A DNA stretch of 63,633 bases, the filler included, from Intoshia linei (taxonomy: Eukaryota > Animalia > Orthonectida), in assembly GCA_001642005.1 (NCBI GenBank). It is 5 parts of 5 records of this genome, joined end to end, with 100 filler letters (N's around TTAATTAATTAA, not from the genome) between each part and the next. Parts side by side here need not be neighbours in the genome. Positions count along the whole stretch, not along the records: positions 25,024 to 36,923 come from LWCA01001132.1; positions 37,024 to 49,308 come from LWCA01001096.1; 3 more parts are not named here. One strand, given 5' to 3'. This document shows positions 27,950 to 42,160 of this stretch, one piece after another. Both the position numbers and the translations under genes were made by a program. The notes under the pieces were generated by a model. The model made no database searches. It was not told where the DNA came from and saw nothing but the letters and a program-made list of their open reading frames with translations. Each line of letters opens with the position of its first letter. Position 1 is the stretch's first letter.

Positions 27950-30900
27950 ACAATACATGATATTTAATAATACTATTCAGAATTTCTTTATCAATTTCTT
28001 GGATTATATGATTTTTATTATCATCATTGTGCTTGTCACTTGAATCTATTGGTCTAATCTCATAGGTTTTACCATAATTATCAAAAGATCCCATCTAAAA
28101 TAATAATATATCTTTGATAGTCTCAAAATCATATATCAACAATTCCTCGATGTCGGTGTAATCAAAGAAGCGATGGAATTAATGTCGTTTTTATCAAAGT
28201 AATGAATTAATTTTCAGAATATATCAGAGTAATTTTATGAATTATAGTCTATTTTTTATAACTTTAATTCGTAAATATGATACCATTCATTACTATCATG
28301 GGATTAGGTATAATAATTTATGTAAGCATAGTTATAACGGGTATGATAGTTTCATACTTACATTCATCCATGCTTAGATATTAAATAAAACATTACATTT
28401 TTAACATATTTTTGTAAATTAATTAAAAAGTTGTAATAACACATTTTATATTTAATGATATTGACAAAAATGAACCTAATCTGGAAAACAAACCTCATCA
28501 AATAAAACAAAATAATGGGTATCTCATTAGTGTCCAACCCTTTTTATAATGGACATAATCGGATGATTTTTAAAATTTGTGACATAAATGCCAATACAGG
28601 TATTCCTCGTTTAACGCCATTTATAAATCCAGAATTTCAACCCCGTCAATCAAATTCGCGTTAATCACGGTAAGTTTGCTTTTTTAAGTTTATTTTATAT
28701 TTTTGAAAAATAGCTATGGATATTTCTTTGTTTCTTATTGTTCTTATCTACCTCTTATAATATCTGTATATCTTCAGATATATTTCTATAGTATATCATT
28801 TCTTTCTCCAAACGGTTACCTACAATTGTGCTACTTGATATATTCGGATCCATTTTGACAATTGTTCACTTTAATAGCTCAAATTGTAAAAATAATGAAT
28901 GCTAATCTTTATTTTTGAATTAATTTTGTGCTTCCTAGTCCAATTGATAAAGCTCGTTTTGTTCTGATTATTCGATAAGATCATCATAATTAAATGAATT
29001 ATGTATAATTATAATTATACACGTTCGAATATGAATTGATTGATTTCTCAAAATTATGTGAACATTAATGTCATTCAAGCCCACACGTTCTCCAATTTTA
29101 ACAATTTCCTTAAATGCGTCTGACACTAGGGTGAATTAAGCAAAATTATTAGCAAATGAAGGAAATAGTTTTTTATAATTGAAAATTACAAATTAAAAAA
29201 TTAATATAATGAAATTTTTATAAATGTATAGAAAAACGTACAATTAATTTGTATTTTAAAAATATATTGAACAGACTTCGGAAATAATTAATCAACAAAA
29301 ATACATTGACTATCATTATTTATATTTAAAATTAATTAAAAACACTAAAAGTTTTTTGTAAAAGCATTTTTTTTATAAATATTTTAAAATTCTCGTTAAA
29401 TTCATTTTTCACCGTGTTAATTGAGGAAGTGACACCAAAAAACACACCTTGTTAATCGAAAGATATCTGTATAGGCTGGTATACTAAATTTTAGATGTTT
29501 AAAAAATTTGAAGTGAATAAAAGAAGCATAACTACATATGTATTCTTTGGCATTGAGCAGCAAGCTACTCTAGTTATAAAAGAAAATTATGTATATCTGG
29601 AAAATATATAATGTAAGTAATGGAATAGATTGATTTTAAAATTTAAAATTAAAATGATTAGACTAATTACGAATTTTAATCTGAAAAAATTGTTGGAAGT
29701 TTTAACTAAATTGTTCATTGGTTATTATTTGAACACTATTATCAGAATGCTTTTAAATAAATCTATTTATTTTTGATAAAAATATTTGATTAAACGGACA
29801 TCATTCAGTTGAAATGAATATAAGAAATATTTGATATAATCATTTCTCAGTGACATCATATTTAAGAACCGTTCACACCGTAATGTATAATTACAATTTC
29901 TTTATTGTCCTTCAAATTTCGAATAGAAACTACAGCATTATATGTATTTCCAATGTAATGTTCCACATCCTGAAATATAAATATATTAATTTATGTAAGT
30001 AATGTCCACTAGGGGTATGCTTTATAGTATATTTTTTTGAAATGTATTAATCCAAGAATAGTTAAAACGGGTATGATTGTGAAAAATCGAAAAAAAATAC
30101 TTTTTTTGATAAATTAGAGTGGTTACGATTTATATTACAACTATCCTTTACATGTAAAATTTCTAACAATGTATTTAATCCTATCTTATATAATATGATA
30201 CGTAGAGCCGTTTTAAGGCATGGACAATATGGGCTGTAGCTCAGGAACCCCTCTTTTTGAAAATTAAACGTGTTAAGAGTTTAAAAAAATATATACTCTG
30301 ATGCGGATTTTAAAATCATAAACATTATCATAAATTTAAATTTAAAGCTGATGCGGATTTTAAAATCATAAACATTATCATAAATTTAAATTTAAAAAAA
30401 TACACTGATGCGGATTTTAAAATCATAAACATTATCATAAATTTAAATTTAAAAAAATTATATTTTCAAAGCCAAAACCAAAAATTAAACTTCTTTTTTT
30501 AATAAAAACACCCCTAGAATTTCAAAAAATTTACAGGTAGTACAGTTGTATCCTGTTAACACACATAAAAAATTTCAATCCGAATAAGTGACGACTTCAC
30601 GGTCAAAAAAACATTTTAGTATTCATATATTTTTTTTTCGAAATATTTTTTTAAAACAAAAATAGGCCACCATTTAAAAAAAATTTTGTTGTGATCCCTC
30701 CAAAGAGGGATTTCAGATACGGTTCGGAACTGGTAGTTCCCCATAAGTATATTTAAAATGAATAATTTTTTTAATTACGCCATTGAAGCTACCGCTTCAG
30801 AACTACAGTAAAATTTTCGATTTAACATAAATATATAATAAAAACATAGAAGTGTTACTTTAGTGATATTATCATAAATTCGAGCGATTTTTAAAATTAG

Positions 30901-31466
30901 TCTACATAAATTTTTTTTTGTGACGAGTGGATAAAGTTTGGGAACCACTGATCAAGTCAATAAACGTATCGAAAATTCACATAATAATATCTATCCATGA
31001 GATAGTTAAATTTAAACCGGGTTATAGTCATTTTGTCCATTTTTATCTATTCCGTCGATTTTGACAGGTATTTTATCACTAAGGTCTTCATTTTTCCATA
31101 AATTAATTCGGAACACCTTTTGTTCATTACTTAAAACTAGTTCAATAAATTTGGGAAATGGTGTTTTATTTCGGTTTGTTATTTTTACATCCACAAATTC
31201 ACCTTTTGATTCTACAAAATTATACAAATTAACTATTTTATGTATATAAAAATATTGACATAATTTATAATGTACAATTATTAATTATATATGTATTGTA
31301 TTATATGTATGTATATGTGTATTCATTATATGATACATTGTGAATATAAATAAATAAAGCGCAAAAACTATTATGCTCAAAAATTAATATAAAAATACTG
31401 TATGAACTCACCAATATGATAAAAAAGTATACTAGTGCGCGTATCTTTAATTAGTTTTATTAGCAT
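27950..31466 (-). CDS. Protein resembling an M12B (ADAM/ADAMTS) metalloprotease prodomain; possibly a pseudogene
   Basis: Phase-consistent exons: ..KFIELVLSNEQKVFRINLWKNEDLSDKIPV..YNP | DVEHYIGNTYNAVVSIRNLKDNKEI (29895-29969) | MGSFDNYGKTYEIRPI..NHIIQE. No HExxH catalytic exon found. Confidence 0.5.
28597..29469. mobile_element. Tigger-like non-autonomous element
   Basis: TA|CAGGTATTCCTCGTTTAAC ... GTTAATCGAAAGATATCTG|TA; degenerate Tigger C-terminal-like peptide (MDPNISSS) on minus. Confidence 0.7.
30298..30455 (+). repeat. Three near-identical tandem copies of a unit of about 50 bp inside a Helitron-like fragment
   Basis: CTGATGCGGATTTTAAAATCATAAACATTATCATAAATTTAAATTTAAA x3. Confidence 0.9.
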
Positions 31467-31935
31467 TAAACAATTTAAAAAATTAATGCTCAAATATCTG
31501 CAAATTTTAACCCTCTCTTCATATGAGGGTTATTTTTTTTAAAACTAAATTGAATTTAAAATTATAGTTTCCCCATTATATAAATAATTTATAAAGAATA
31601 AAGATAGTATAAATGTTCAGTCAAAATATATAATTAAATTTAAATAAATGAAGTGTATACCGAAATAATGCAAAACCGCAAATAAAAATATTAGATTTTG
31701 ATACATTATAGAAATATTTGTTGTGAATACATAAATAATATTCAAAAATGTAAAATAATTATGAAATACTAACATTAATTGTAAGTAATGTCTATGTTCT
31801 AATTAACAGTATTAAACAATATGGTTTGAAATTACTTACAGTTTCAGAAAAGATAATAAATAAAACTATGTGGCATATAAAAATGAAAATAATGTCATTT
31901 GTGTTAGCATATCATTGTTTCAAAGTGAAAACCAA

Positions 31936-32828
31936 TCATAACTTATATAATATGCTACGCGATTTTTGTTTGTGTGTGTATGTGTGTGTGTTCCACTTTA
32001 TTGAAATAACCACCAGTCTAAAACTTTATAAATTCCACATTTTGATTACAGTTTTTTCCGGGACGTATAATAAGATAAATTTCAACCTCCCAAACTCACA
32101 TCTTACTGGTCAAAAATCCCAATTGTCTCTCTTTTTGAAAATCAAACGAGTTGGAGAATTTAAAAAAATATATACGCTGATACTGATTTTAAAATCATAA
32201 ACATTATAATATATTTAAATTTAAAAAAATTATATCTTCAGGGCCAAACCCTTTATTACCCTTCTTTTTTTATTATGAAAACAGCTTTAGAATTTAAATA
32301 TATTTACAGGTAGTACAGTTGTATCCTGTTAACACACATAAAAAATTTCAATCCGAATAAGTGACGACCTGCACGGTCAAAAAAGCAGTTTAGTATTGCA
32401 TATATTTTTTTTCCAAAATATTTTATTAAAACAAAAAATGTGAAATAATTAACGGTCCGAAAATTAAAAAAAAAAGATTATTCTGATAAAGCTTATTCCA
32501 GTTGATATAAATACAAAACTTCAACCCCAGAAATCTACGCATTCCCGATGAAAAATAATTTTTAATATATTATCAACCAATATTTTTCAAATATTTCGAT
32601 TTAACTAAAAATTGAAAATGTAAATATTGATCGTACAAATTAAAAAACAATGTATTGAACGTCTATACATTTCCAATAAAGAAATATGAGTGAAAATCTG
32701 TATAATTCATTCCTTCGGGATTTTTTCATTGCTACGCAATTTTCAACGTAAATTTATTTTTTTAATATAATAAAAATGTGGCCTCGGCAGAACTAGGTCC
32801 TGTTTGTAGTGCCCAACAATCAACCTAG
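31936..32828 (+). mobile_element. Non-autonomous Helitron-like element with both ends
   Basis: A|TCATAACTTATATAATATGCTACGCG..(TG)n ... CTCGGCAGAACTAGG..CAACCTAG|T. Inserted in an A|T dinucleotide, no TSD. Confidence 0.8.
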
Positions 32829-33123
32829 TAAATCATAGTAATTCTAGTATTCAAGTATAATTCTAGTAATTTCATGCTGATTTATATATCAAAAATTAAC
32901 TTTAATAAGTTTTGCCGCTCTAGTCATATACATGTGTTCAAGCCAACTATAAATCTAACGCATTAAGAAAAAAATCAAGTCGTAGTCTCCCTTACAAATA
33001 GATACATATTCCTTTCTTAATACTTGTGATACTCAAATTGTAATTTTATATACATGTAAATACTGTTATTGTATACATGTTGTGTATATCTAGATAAATT
33101 AGTAACGAAGTTACAACAAATAA

Positions 33124-36100
33124 ATGGAACTAAACATTGAATCAAAAAGCAGTGAATCAAATGTTTCATATGCATCAAAAAGCGCTCTGTCTTTTCTCAA
33201 TGACATCAGTTAGTTTAACTAATATTAAATTACAACATAATGATTTAACATTTTAAAAAAAATAATTTTTTTATAGCACCCATTGATATAAAAAATGTAT
33301 TATTCAATGAAAACCTTGAAACCATAAACGATGACGATGTAGATACAAAAATTGGCGATTATTCTGTAGATATGGAAAGTATAATATACCGTGGAATGGA
33401 AGCGATAAATATACATGCCATAATATCGGGTACATTTGATAACGTTGAAGTAGTCATAGATGTAAAGGCAATCGTTTCTCCCAAAAGTTTAGTAACAATT
33501 GAACAAGTGGTTAGAGAATATACAATGGTAACAAATTTTTAGTTGCATCATTATCATGTACCAATTTTAGACCGATAAAACACCACTTGAACGGTACACT
33601 TACGTTGAAAAATGTGATGCAGGTTACAATTTATCTAAAACAATTAATGTAATTCTAATACACATAAATGGATAATTTCAAATCTACAAACAATAACCAT
33701 AATAAATATTATATTCATACATTCTTATAGGATGAGGATGCTACAACATCAACGATAGAATTATCCAAATCGGTTGGACTCATATTTGAAGGAAGTAATT
33801 TGATATTGCAAAGACTGCTTATCAAAAAGGGTGTTCCAAAAAACTTTAGCTTACCGACAATTACTAATAATCTCAATATAATCAATTCTCATTATGTAAA
33901 TAGCATAAAAAGTATAAATCATAAATATTAGTTACATTACCAATATTTAATTATTAACATTTCAATACAAATATAATTTAGAAGCAAATTGATACCAGAA
34001 CAATACATTTTGAGGATAAACCTTACAGCGTTTTCGGTATTCAAAGATACCTAAAGAATGGAAATGATTTACCGCACATTTGGAATATTTATGGATTGAG
34101 GAATGGGTAAATATTATTTTTAAATCAAAATATCAAAATGAGTGTATCTTAAAAATAAAGTAAAAACAATTATAGTTATAATTTACAACTTTTAACCTTA
34201 AACAATCATCATCTCTAACAGAATATCAGAAAAAATAAAATTATACTGTAGCATATAATAGGGGTTACCACAATTTTTTCACGGATGAACAGTAATAAAT
34301 TATAAAATCTTTCGGGGACCAAAGCAAAAATACTAAACAACATCAACAAATTTTTTAAAAAAAATAATTGAGTTCCAATAAGTAAAAATTTTTTACGGAC
34401 AGGTATTTGGGAAACACTGGCATATACGGTGGAATCCGCTTATAAAAGAGTCATCGGGACCAAGCAATTTGTCCCTTATAACCGGATTCCACTGTATATG
34501 CTATATCAATTTTTAGTGTAACTATTCTATATTACTATAACAATTCTTCATAGAAACGCACAATTATAAAAATACTTATTTGGCTGTAAAATTTTAACGC
34601 ACTTTTGTATACTGTTCACTATAAGCGAATTTTTGTCCCTTATATCCGGACGTCTCTTATAAGCGGATTCCACTGTACTGTTTTTTTAATAATCAGTTCA
34701 TTATAGACTTTTTATAACTAAGAAATGGTTTGTATCAATAATAATTAATGGATTCAGCCATTTAAAACATATTTCGTATTAAAAAAATTCATTTATTGGA
34801 AATTTGTAGACGTTCACTGCACATTTTTTTTGAAATTGTAGAATCAATATTTACATTTTCAATGTTTATTTTAATCGAAATATTTGAAAAATATTATTTG
34901 ATAAATTTATTAAAAATTATTTTTCATCAGGAATGCGTAGATTTCTCGGGTTGAACTTTTGTATTTATATCAACTGGAATAAGCTCTATTAGAATAATTT
35001 TTTTTTTTTAATTTCGGACCGTTGATTATTTCACATTTTTTGTTTTAATAAAATATTTTGGAAAAAAAATATATGAATACTAAAACTCTTTTTTGACCGT
35101 GAAGTCGTCACTGATTCGGATTGAAATTTTTTATGTGTGTTAATAGAATATAACTGTACCACCTGTAATTTTTTTAAATTCTAGGGCTGTTTTCATTAAA
35201 AAAAGAAAAATAATTTGTGGTTTTGGCAATTAAGATATAATTTTTTTAAATTTAAATTTATGGTAATGTTTATGATTTTAAAATTCGTATTAGCGTATAT
35301 ATTTTTTTAAATTCTCTAGCTCGTTTGATTTTCAAAAATAAGGACAATTGGGGTTTGACCGGTAAGATGTGAGTTTGGGAGGTTGAAATTTATCTTATTA
35401 TACGTCCCGGAAAAAACTGTAATTGAAATGTAACTTTATAAAATTTTAAGACAAGAAGTTATTTAAATAAAACATAACACACACACACAAACAAAAATCG
35501 CGTAGCATATTATATAAGTTAGGATGCTACGCGATTTTTGTTTGTGTGTGTGTACTACTTTATTGAAATAACTATCAGTCTTAGAATTTTTTAACGACCA
35601 CATTTCAATTACAGTTTTTCCGGGTATACATGTATATAAGGATGTGTATTACGCGTGGGAATTCGTTGCGGATAAAAATTGGAAATGCGCCGCATATTTG
35701 ACATCTATGATTTTGACTGGACGGTTTGGGTGGTATAGTCAAATGTATTTAGCCAAAATTGTACAAATTGGTGGTTATAATTTAATTAAATTTAGTGGAT
35801 TGAAGCATTAAAATCAATAATTATAATTTTAGAATGATTGTGGATAGAATTCAAGTTGGACAATCAGCTAGAATGAGACTAATAAAAATACCAGACTGTG
35901 TTGAAGATTGTAATACATATTCTATAAGGTAAAATTATAATTATTCTTTTCAGTGGAAGAATATGTTGTGCCAACATTTGAGAAAAAAGTATTAAATTGG
36001 AATAATGATATTGAACTCAAAAGTATGATGATAGATAAACAAGTAAGTTGCTACTGAAGTTATTCCATTTTGAATTTTTTTAATTCAAAATCTTAGGATC

Positions 36101-36657
36101 TCGGGCCTGATCCGGTCTGCAGTTTTTTTTACATTTTTCCATATTCATAGATTTTATCTTTTTAATACAATGTGATTTTACTAAATACTAACTATTGTAG
36201 TAAATTTTTAATGTGCGGCCGGCCAAATTGTTAGAATCTATCTAACCCGTAATCATCATGAGGTTAGCCACCCCTTCAATATACAATGGGCGCTGTTGCG
36301 GAATGTGATGAATATTTCATTTTGATACTAAAAAAATATATAAATGGAATATCTCTACTGGTATAATATGTAATTAAAAATCACATGCAGGTATTGCTAA
36401 CTTCCGAATATTCAACTTATATACGTGATAATCCAGAAATACAACAAATGCTATCATTATTTCTGGAACAGTTATTAATTAACAAACCCGACGACGTATT
36501 TGAAGCTGCAGCACAATTCTTTTCATCTTTTAAAAGATCTAATCCAGATCAAAGTTGCTTTAAGAAATTTTTGGAAAAGAAAACATATTCCGAAAACATA
36601 AAAAATACAGATCAAATCAAATATATAGCAAAATATATGAATAAAAATTATTTTTAA
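33124..36657 (+). CDS. CATIP: Ciliogenesis-associated TTC17-interacting protein
   Basis: Spliced: MELNIESK..ASKSALSFLNDI|..VLFNENLETI..; GLIFEGSNLILQRLL; LRNG|MIVDRIQVGQS; PTFEKKVLNWNNDIELKS..|YSTYIRDNPEIQQMLSLFLEQLLINKPDDVFEAAAQFFSSF (RIIa-like docking domain). Confidence 0.9.
34427..34675. mobile_element. Tigger-like MITE in a CATIP intron, with an extra internal right TIR
   Basis: TA|CGGTGGAATCCGCTTATAA ... TTATAAGCGGATTCCACTG|TA; second right end at about 34478-34497. Confidence 0.8.
34800..35625. mobile_element. Two Helitron-like copies abutting head-to-head
   Basis: Minus copy has its 5' TC at about 35523; plus copy starts ATGCTACGCGATTTTTGTTTGTGTG at about 35524. Confidence 0.8.
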
Positions 36658-37329
36658 ATTTTATTTTTTGTACGGCAATGATATAATATTTGTATTAATC
36701 GTCACCATATTTTCCAATAGACAACATAAATAATTAATCATCAACATGTCCTAAATATGTGATTAAAACACAACATATTATCATACATATATACGTTAAG
36801 ATGTCCACTAGGGTGTCATACACATCTGGATTTTAATTGCGCGTAGTTAAAATTCGTTGCTCTAAAGCTATATATTCACTATGTCGTTTTTAAAATTAAC
36901 TAAAATGACCTGCTTGATCCGCANNNNNNNNNNNNNNNNNNNNNNNNNNNNNNNNNNNNNNNNNNNNTTAATTAATTAANNNNNNNNNNNNNNNNNNNNN
37001 NNNNNNNNNNNNNNNNNNNNNNNTAAAATTTTCATACTTCGCCTGACCAAATTAAGATTAAATTATAAATTAAAAGCAACATCTTACATTGTAAACAAAA
37101 TGGGACATACAGTCAAAAATACTTTTTGAATTTCAAACAAAAAATGTTAAATTGAGATACTCTATTATACAGTTAATATTTATTCACATTTTAAATTTAA
37201 ACATTTCATATTTTTCCTAAAAAAAATTCATGTTTCAAAAATTTAATTTCAGTAACTGAAATTGACTATGTTAAATTTTAATATCTTTTATATAACTTAA
37301 AAAAAAAGTTTCGTAATATTTTCACATTG

Positions 37330-38260
37330 TATACCGTCAATTGATAATTTTGAGCATCTTATTATTCCACAATATTTAGATATTTGTTAGATGGAGAAAT
37401 AAAAGAGACATTCATAGGTTTGCTAAGAAATAAAAGACCGAACAGCCTCTGGTGTAGCAAAGTATATATTTCATAACCTCGAAAAATATAATTGCAAAGA
37501 TAAACTAGTTGCTCAAACGTATGATAGATCAAGTGTAATGTCTTCTAGTTTAACCCTAATACTCCCAGTGTGACCATATGGTCACACAACATTATAATTA
37601 TAAAAACACATATCAAATTGAAACAAAGTCAATAAAATATGAAAAATTAAATTAATTAGTATATTATATAACATTCGAGTATATTAGTTATGAGTTTTCA
37701 CCGATTAGCCTCCTGTGTCACTGACAGTGGGCCAAAATGATTTTTCAAACAAAAAAAAAATTCACTGAAAAATTTTTTTATATTTTATGGTTAAAGTTGT
37801 GACAACTGAATTTAATGAATACCATATGATGAATTCATGTATTGGCTACAATTTAATGAAATAATTAGGTATATTGACGATGCGGTTTTATATATACACG
37901 CTTTTATTTGCCTTATTCTCCCAATGTGAACATATGGAATGTGAAATAACTCCATAACTACAATTGGTAATTACCTAAAATTATATATGGTGAGAAATAG
38001 GCAAGTATGTATTAACTTCCCAAATTTTTGGAAAAATCGAAGCCAAAAAATTAGAAAAATTTGTCTGGGAGTATTAGTTAAATGTGTGTCAAGCTAAAGT
38101 AAAGAAAATTGCCCCATCAGCACTGTGTACACATTGCTACGCTCATAAATTAAATTTAGTTTTGTCTCAATCAACCAAAAATATACCAGAATGTAAATCA
38201 TTTTTTATGACATGCGATGGTTTTTCTGCATTTTTTAGTCATTCTACAAAAAGAAGTTAA
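37330..38260 (+). mobile_element. hAT (ZMYM1-like) transposase remnant split by a piggyBac-type MITE
   Basis: KDRTASGVAKYIF..KLVAQTYDRSSVMSSSL / NVCQAKVKENC..HCYAHKLNLVLSQS..FSAFFSHSTKRS. Confidence 0.85.
37554..38077. mobile_element. piggyBac-type MITE with TTAA TSD
   Basis: TTAA|CCCTAATACTCCCAG...CTGGGAGTATTAG|TTAA; removing it restores the hAT reading frame. Confidence 0.85.
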
Positions 38261-38638
38261 ATATAAAAGTAGACTTAACTTAGCAAATTATTAACAAATA
38301 ATGAAATTAACGTATGCAATACTTGTAATATAATAAAATTATGAAATCAGTGTTGATTGAAAGTATAAAAATTTATGAATGAAACTAGGAAACAAAATCG
38401 TAATTCATATTTAGCTGCAAATTTAATTCATTACTCAAGTAACAAATGAACCAAAAACACTGGTAATACACAGCTAAATGTTGTATCGATACATAACTAT
38501 ATTAATTTGTATCTAACCATTGAATCCTTTTAAGTTACTCTCCAAGATAATTAATCAATTTTATCCATATGAAGAATAACTTGATCTAATACTTTTAATG
38601 TGGGTGAATGTAAACAAAATCAATTGTTAAAATTTGAT

Positions 38639-39881
38639 ATGAATTTTTTAAAGAGAACATTTAGTTCACGACGAAGTAAACGGTCACACAATTATTCAAA
38701 TATATGGGACAGCGACGCCAAAAAGGTACACGCTGGTTCGTGTAGTTTTCAAGTAAAGGTAGTCTATTTAATTTACAGATAAATTAAAATTTTAATTTAG
38801 TATCTCGGAGCCATGGAAGTTTCATTATCAAGAGGAATGGGAGTCTGTGAAGCTGTAATAAAGAAACTACACGAAAAATCAAAAATGGTAAACAAGAAAT
38901 ACAATACCACATAGTATATACAATTTTTATTTATTTAGAAGAAAAAACGATCAATTAGAGCAATTTTTTACATATCTGGCGTGTCTCTAAGAATAGTAGA
39001 TGAAATTTATTCTGTAACTATTTATATTGAATTAAATTAATAGTTTCGGTTAGAGTCTTTTAATTGACCAAGTTATTGACAAAGTCTCTTTCTGCACTCC
39101 TGACCGATACCATCGTAGAGGTTTTGCTTATATTTGTCGAGAAGGGTATACGCGACGTTGGATGTGTCATGCTTTTATGACAATTAAAGAACCTGTAAGT
39201 TTTGACCTTGGCCTTTAAATGTTTATTTAACGATAAATTATAGGGAGAAAGAATTAGTCGATGTGTGGGTGTAGCATTTTCCATTTGTTTAGGTTTATTT
39301 ATTTGTATTTTCTATAATTATGTTTTAGAATCGAAACAACGACGTTTAGAATTAAACCATGAAAAAAACTTTAAAGAATTGAAAAATCAAGAAAGTAACA
39401 CATCAAATTTTTCACGAAAATCATCGTACCGCAGAACTGCCATAATCGATTTAAAAAGAGACCCTCAATTGGCTATTATTCCAGGTTTCTATTTTTTATT
39501 AATTTTATTATTATTTTAGCCAAAAACAATTATCTATACAAATCTGCAAAAAGTATAAAAGTGAGTCCTATGACAACGTTAGAAAATACCAACATACCTC
39601 TACTAAACGGCTCAAAGTCGACATTTCCACCTTTTAAAAACAATGTTCCAAATTCACATTATGAGAATATAAACCAATCTAAAAGTATTATTCTTAAAGA
39701 AAAATTAACAGATGAAGAAGAGATATTTCAAAAAATTGACGAAATTGTCATACATCAAAAACAATTAAAACTTAATGACATACCTGCAGATCATAAAAAA
39801 CCATCTCAAAATACTGATGGGAAAAATGCTTCAAATGGTTCCATTCTTAACAATGCAGACATTATAGAAATTTCTCTCTAG
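38639..39881 (+). CDS. numb: Numb (PTB-domain adaptor), short multi-exon form
   Basis: [30 protein letters not shown]|[17 protein letters not shown]..|[40 protein letters not shown]..|[16 protein letters not shown]; C-terminus IIEISL resembles Numb FEIEL. Confidence 0.93.
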
Positions 39882-40599
39882 ATTTCTCAGTGTACATAGA
39901 AAAACAATCTGTTTATATTAAATGTTTCATTTTTTTGGTAATAATAATTTAATAATTATTATCCTGATTATAATCAGGACATTCAGAATATATGACTAAT
40001 TTTTCCTACATGAGTGTTTAAAATGTTTTGGTTGATAAATTGGGTTTTTGATAGTAAAGATTCATGTGGTTGAATTAAAAAAATGAATACTAAAATGCTT
40101 TTTTTTACAGTGAAGGCGTCACTTTGTCAGATCGTAATTTTTTTTGTCTGTTAATTAGATATAGCTGTATCGAATGTAATTTTTTCTAAAATTCTAACAC
40201 TATTTTCATTTTTTAAATAAAGGTAATTTAAGGTTTTGATAGTGACAATGCCTTTTTTGAGGTTGCAATTTATGGTAATGCTTATGATTTAAAACGCGTC
40301 CCAGAATGTATGTTTTATTAAATTTTTAGGCTGATGTTATATATAAATTAAATTATATTTTATATGTACATTAAAATTAATTAATGTATATGTTAATAAA
40401 AAGGCAAATTATGTTTTTGACCCTGAAGAACTCGAATTCGGAAACTGAAAAATAGATATAGACCCCTTCGAAAAAAGGTAATAGAAATATGGAATTTTGA
40501 TTAGTTTATATACAATACATCGTATTGTGGGTCTCAATGTGAGTGGTAGCGCCCCAGGGTTGTTTTCAAAATATAGGCCGCTGCAACAAATATTAAAAA

Positions 40600-40990
40600 T
40601 GTCAAATTTTATTTTTGATATTATGATGATAAAAGACGTATTCGATTTTTATCATATGTAAGGAATATTTGCCAAAACATTTTAACTAGAATTAATAGAA
40701 CTACAAAATTATGAAGAAGCCCAGTACCGTTTTGACAAAGGTGGAAATTTTGTATTATGGCAATGTGAGCCTTCAAAATGTATTTATCCACTGATGCATT
40801 CTGATATGTCAAAAATATTATGTTTTCCAACATTGAAAGTGAATTCAGTTCTGTAAACAAAATATTGTGTAAAGATAGAAACAAAAGTAATATATGTCAA
40901 AGAGATATTGTTATCAAATTATCAAGTATAAAACTAAGAATTAAGGAATTGCAACTGAATCACCAGCCGCAAGGATCATATGGAAATAAA
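40600..40990 (+). mobile_element. Buster/ZBED5-type hAT transposase, C-terminal fragment
   Basis: SNIESEFSSVNKILCKDRNKSNIC..IKLSSIKLRIKELQLNHQPQGSY resembles the FS..L.K.RN.L...HQ..PSH tail. Confidence 0.7.
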
Positions 40991-41037
40991 TAAACATTAT
41001 TTACCTTTTTTCATTATTAGATTTTATAAAAATTAAT

Positions 41038-41450
41038 GGGTTGACTGTTATGTACTACGTACAAACATCACCTAGTTCTGCCGAGAGAACATTTTTATTT
41101 TACCATAAAAAATAAATTCATGATGAAAATCAAATTTAAAAATCTTACTATTCACTATTATCAATCGTTTAAAGGAGTAGTTCCCAAACTTGTTTCAGGT
41201 GGAACCATCATATCACATTACTTTTTATTTTAAAGTGAATTATACCATCTTAATTTTGTTTTGTTAACATTTGCGTAAAGAATTTTAAAAACAATTATAT
41301 CCCCATTTTTTTAATTTATTAGACACAATGTTTGTATAATATTAAAAATAAAGTAAAAACAGTCCATTCCTAAAAATTGTCATAAATAGCATAAATTCTA
41401 GAAAAAATAAAATTATAAAAATTATTTTGTCATTTTCAATGTGATGATAT
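41038..41450 (-). mobile_element. Helitron-like family, 3' half
   Basis: GGTTGACTGTTATGTACTACGTACAAACATCACCTAG.. is the reverse complement of the family 3' hairpin. Confidence 0.75.
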
Positions 41451-42160
41451 ATTATTATTATATTGAATATTATTTAGTACCAATTTAATAAATACCAATT
41501 ATGTATCAATAATTAACCGAATCTTCACTTTATAAACATATTTTAAACGAATTTATGTTGTGTTTTGTTAAAATGTATCTTATTATCACCCGGAAAAAAC
41601 TGTAATTGAAATGTGGACTTTATAAAATTCTAAGACTTAGCATATTATAAAATAAGGATACTTCATTTTATCATAGGGGGCAATATATACGGCCTAAATA
41701 GGGTTTATTTAGAAATTTATGAATTATGGTGTAATGGGGTGGCGTTGGTTTAGAAAGGTTGAGAACCCCGCAATACAATATATGTAAGTAAGCATTAACA
41801 CGGTTAAATTTAAAAAAACCCAATTTCAAATACAGTTTTTCAAGACTAATGCAGCATCGCAAATTTCATTTTCCGAAATTGAGTCCTTCAGGATCAAAAA
41901 TCCAATCTCTTCTTTTTTTTTTAAAAATAAAATCACCCTAAAATATTAAAAAACACATTCTGAAACGCGTTTTAAAATTAAGGTTAATCACAGCCTCTGA
42001 AACTTACATTTTCATGATAAAAACCCAAAATTTCCCATTTTTTAAAAACGAAAAAATCAATAATCATCATATTTTAATCATAAACTAAAAAGTGTATTTT
42101 CACAATCAAAACCTAGTTTACCCTTATGATAATACTTAAAAGTGATATAAAAATTTGTAT

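Noticed and set aside
31826-32200. ORFs at 10389, 31826 and 60998 within Helitron-like copies
   Set aside because: Chance frames in a non-coding repeat; not conserved between copies.
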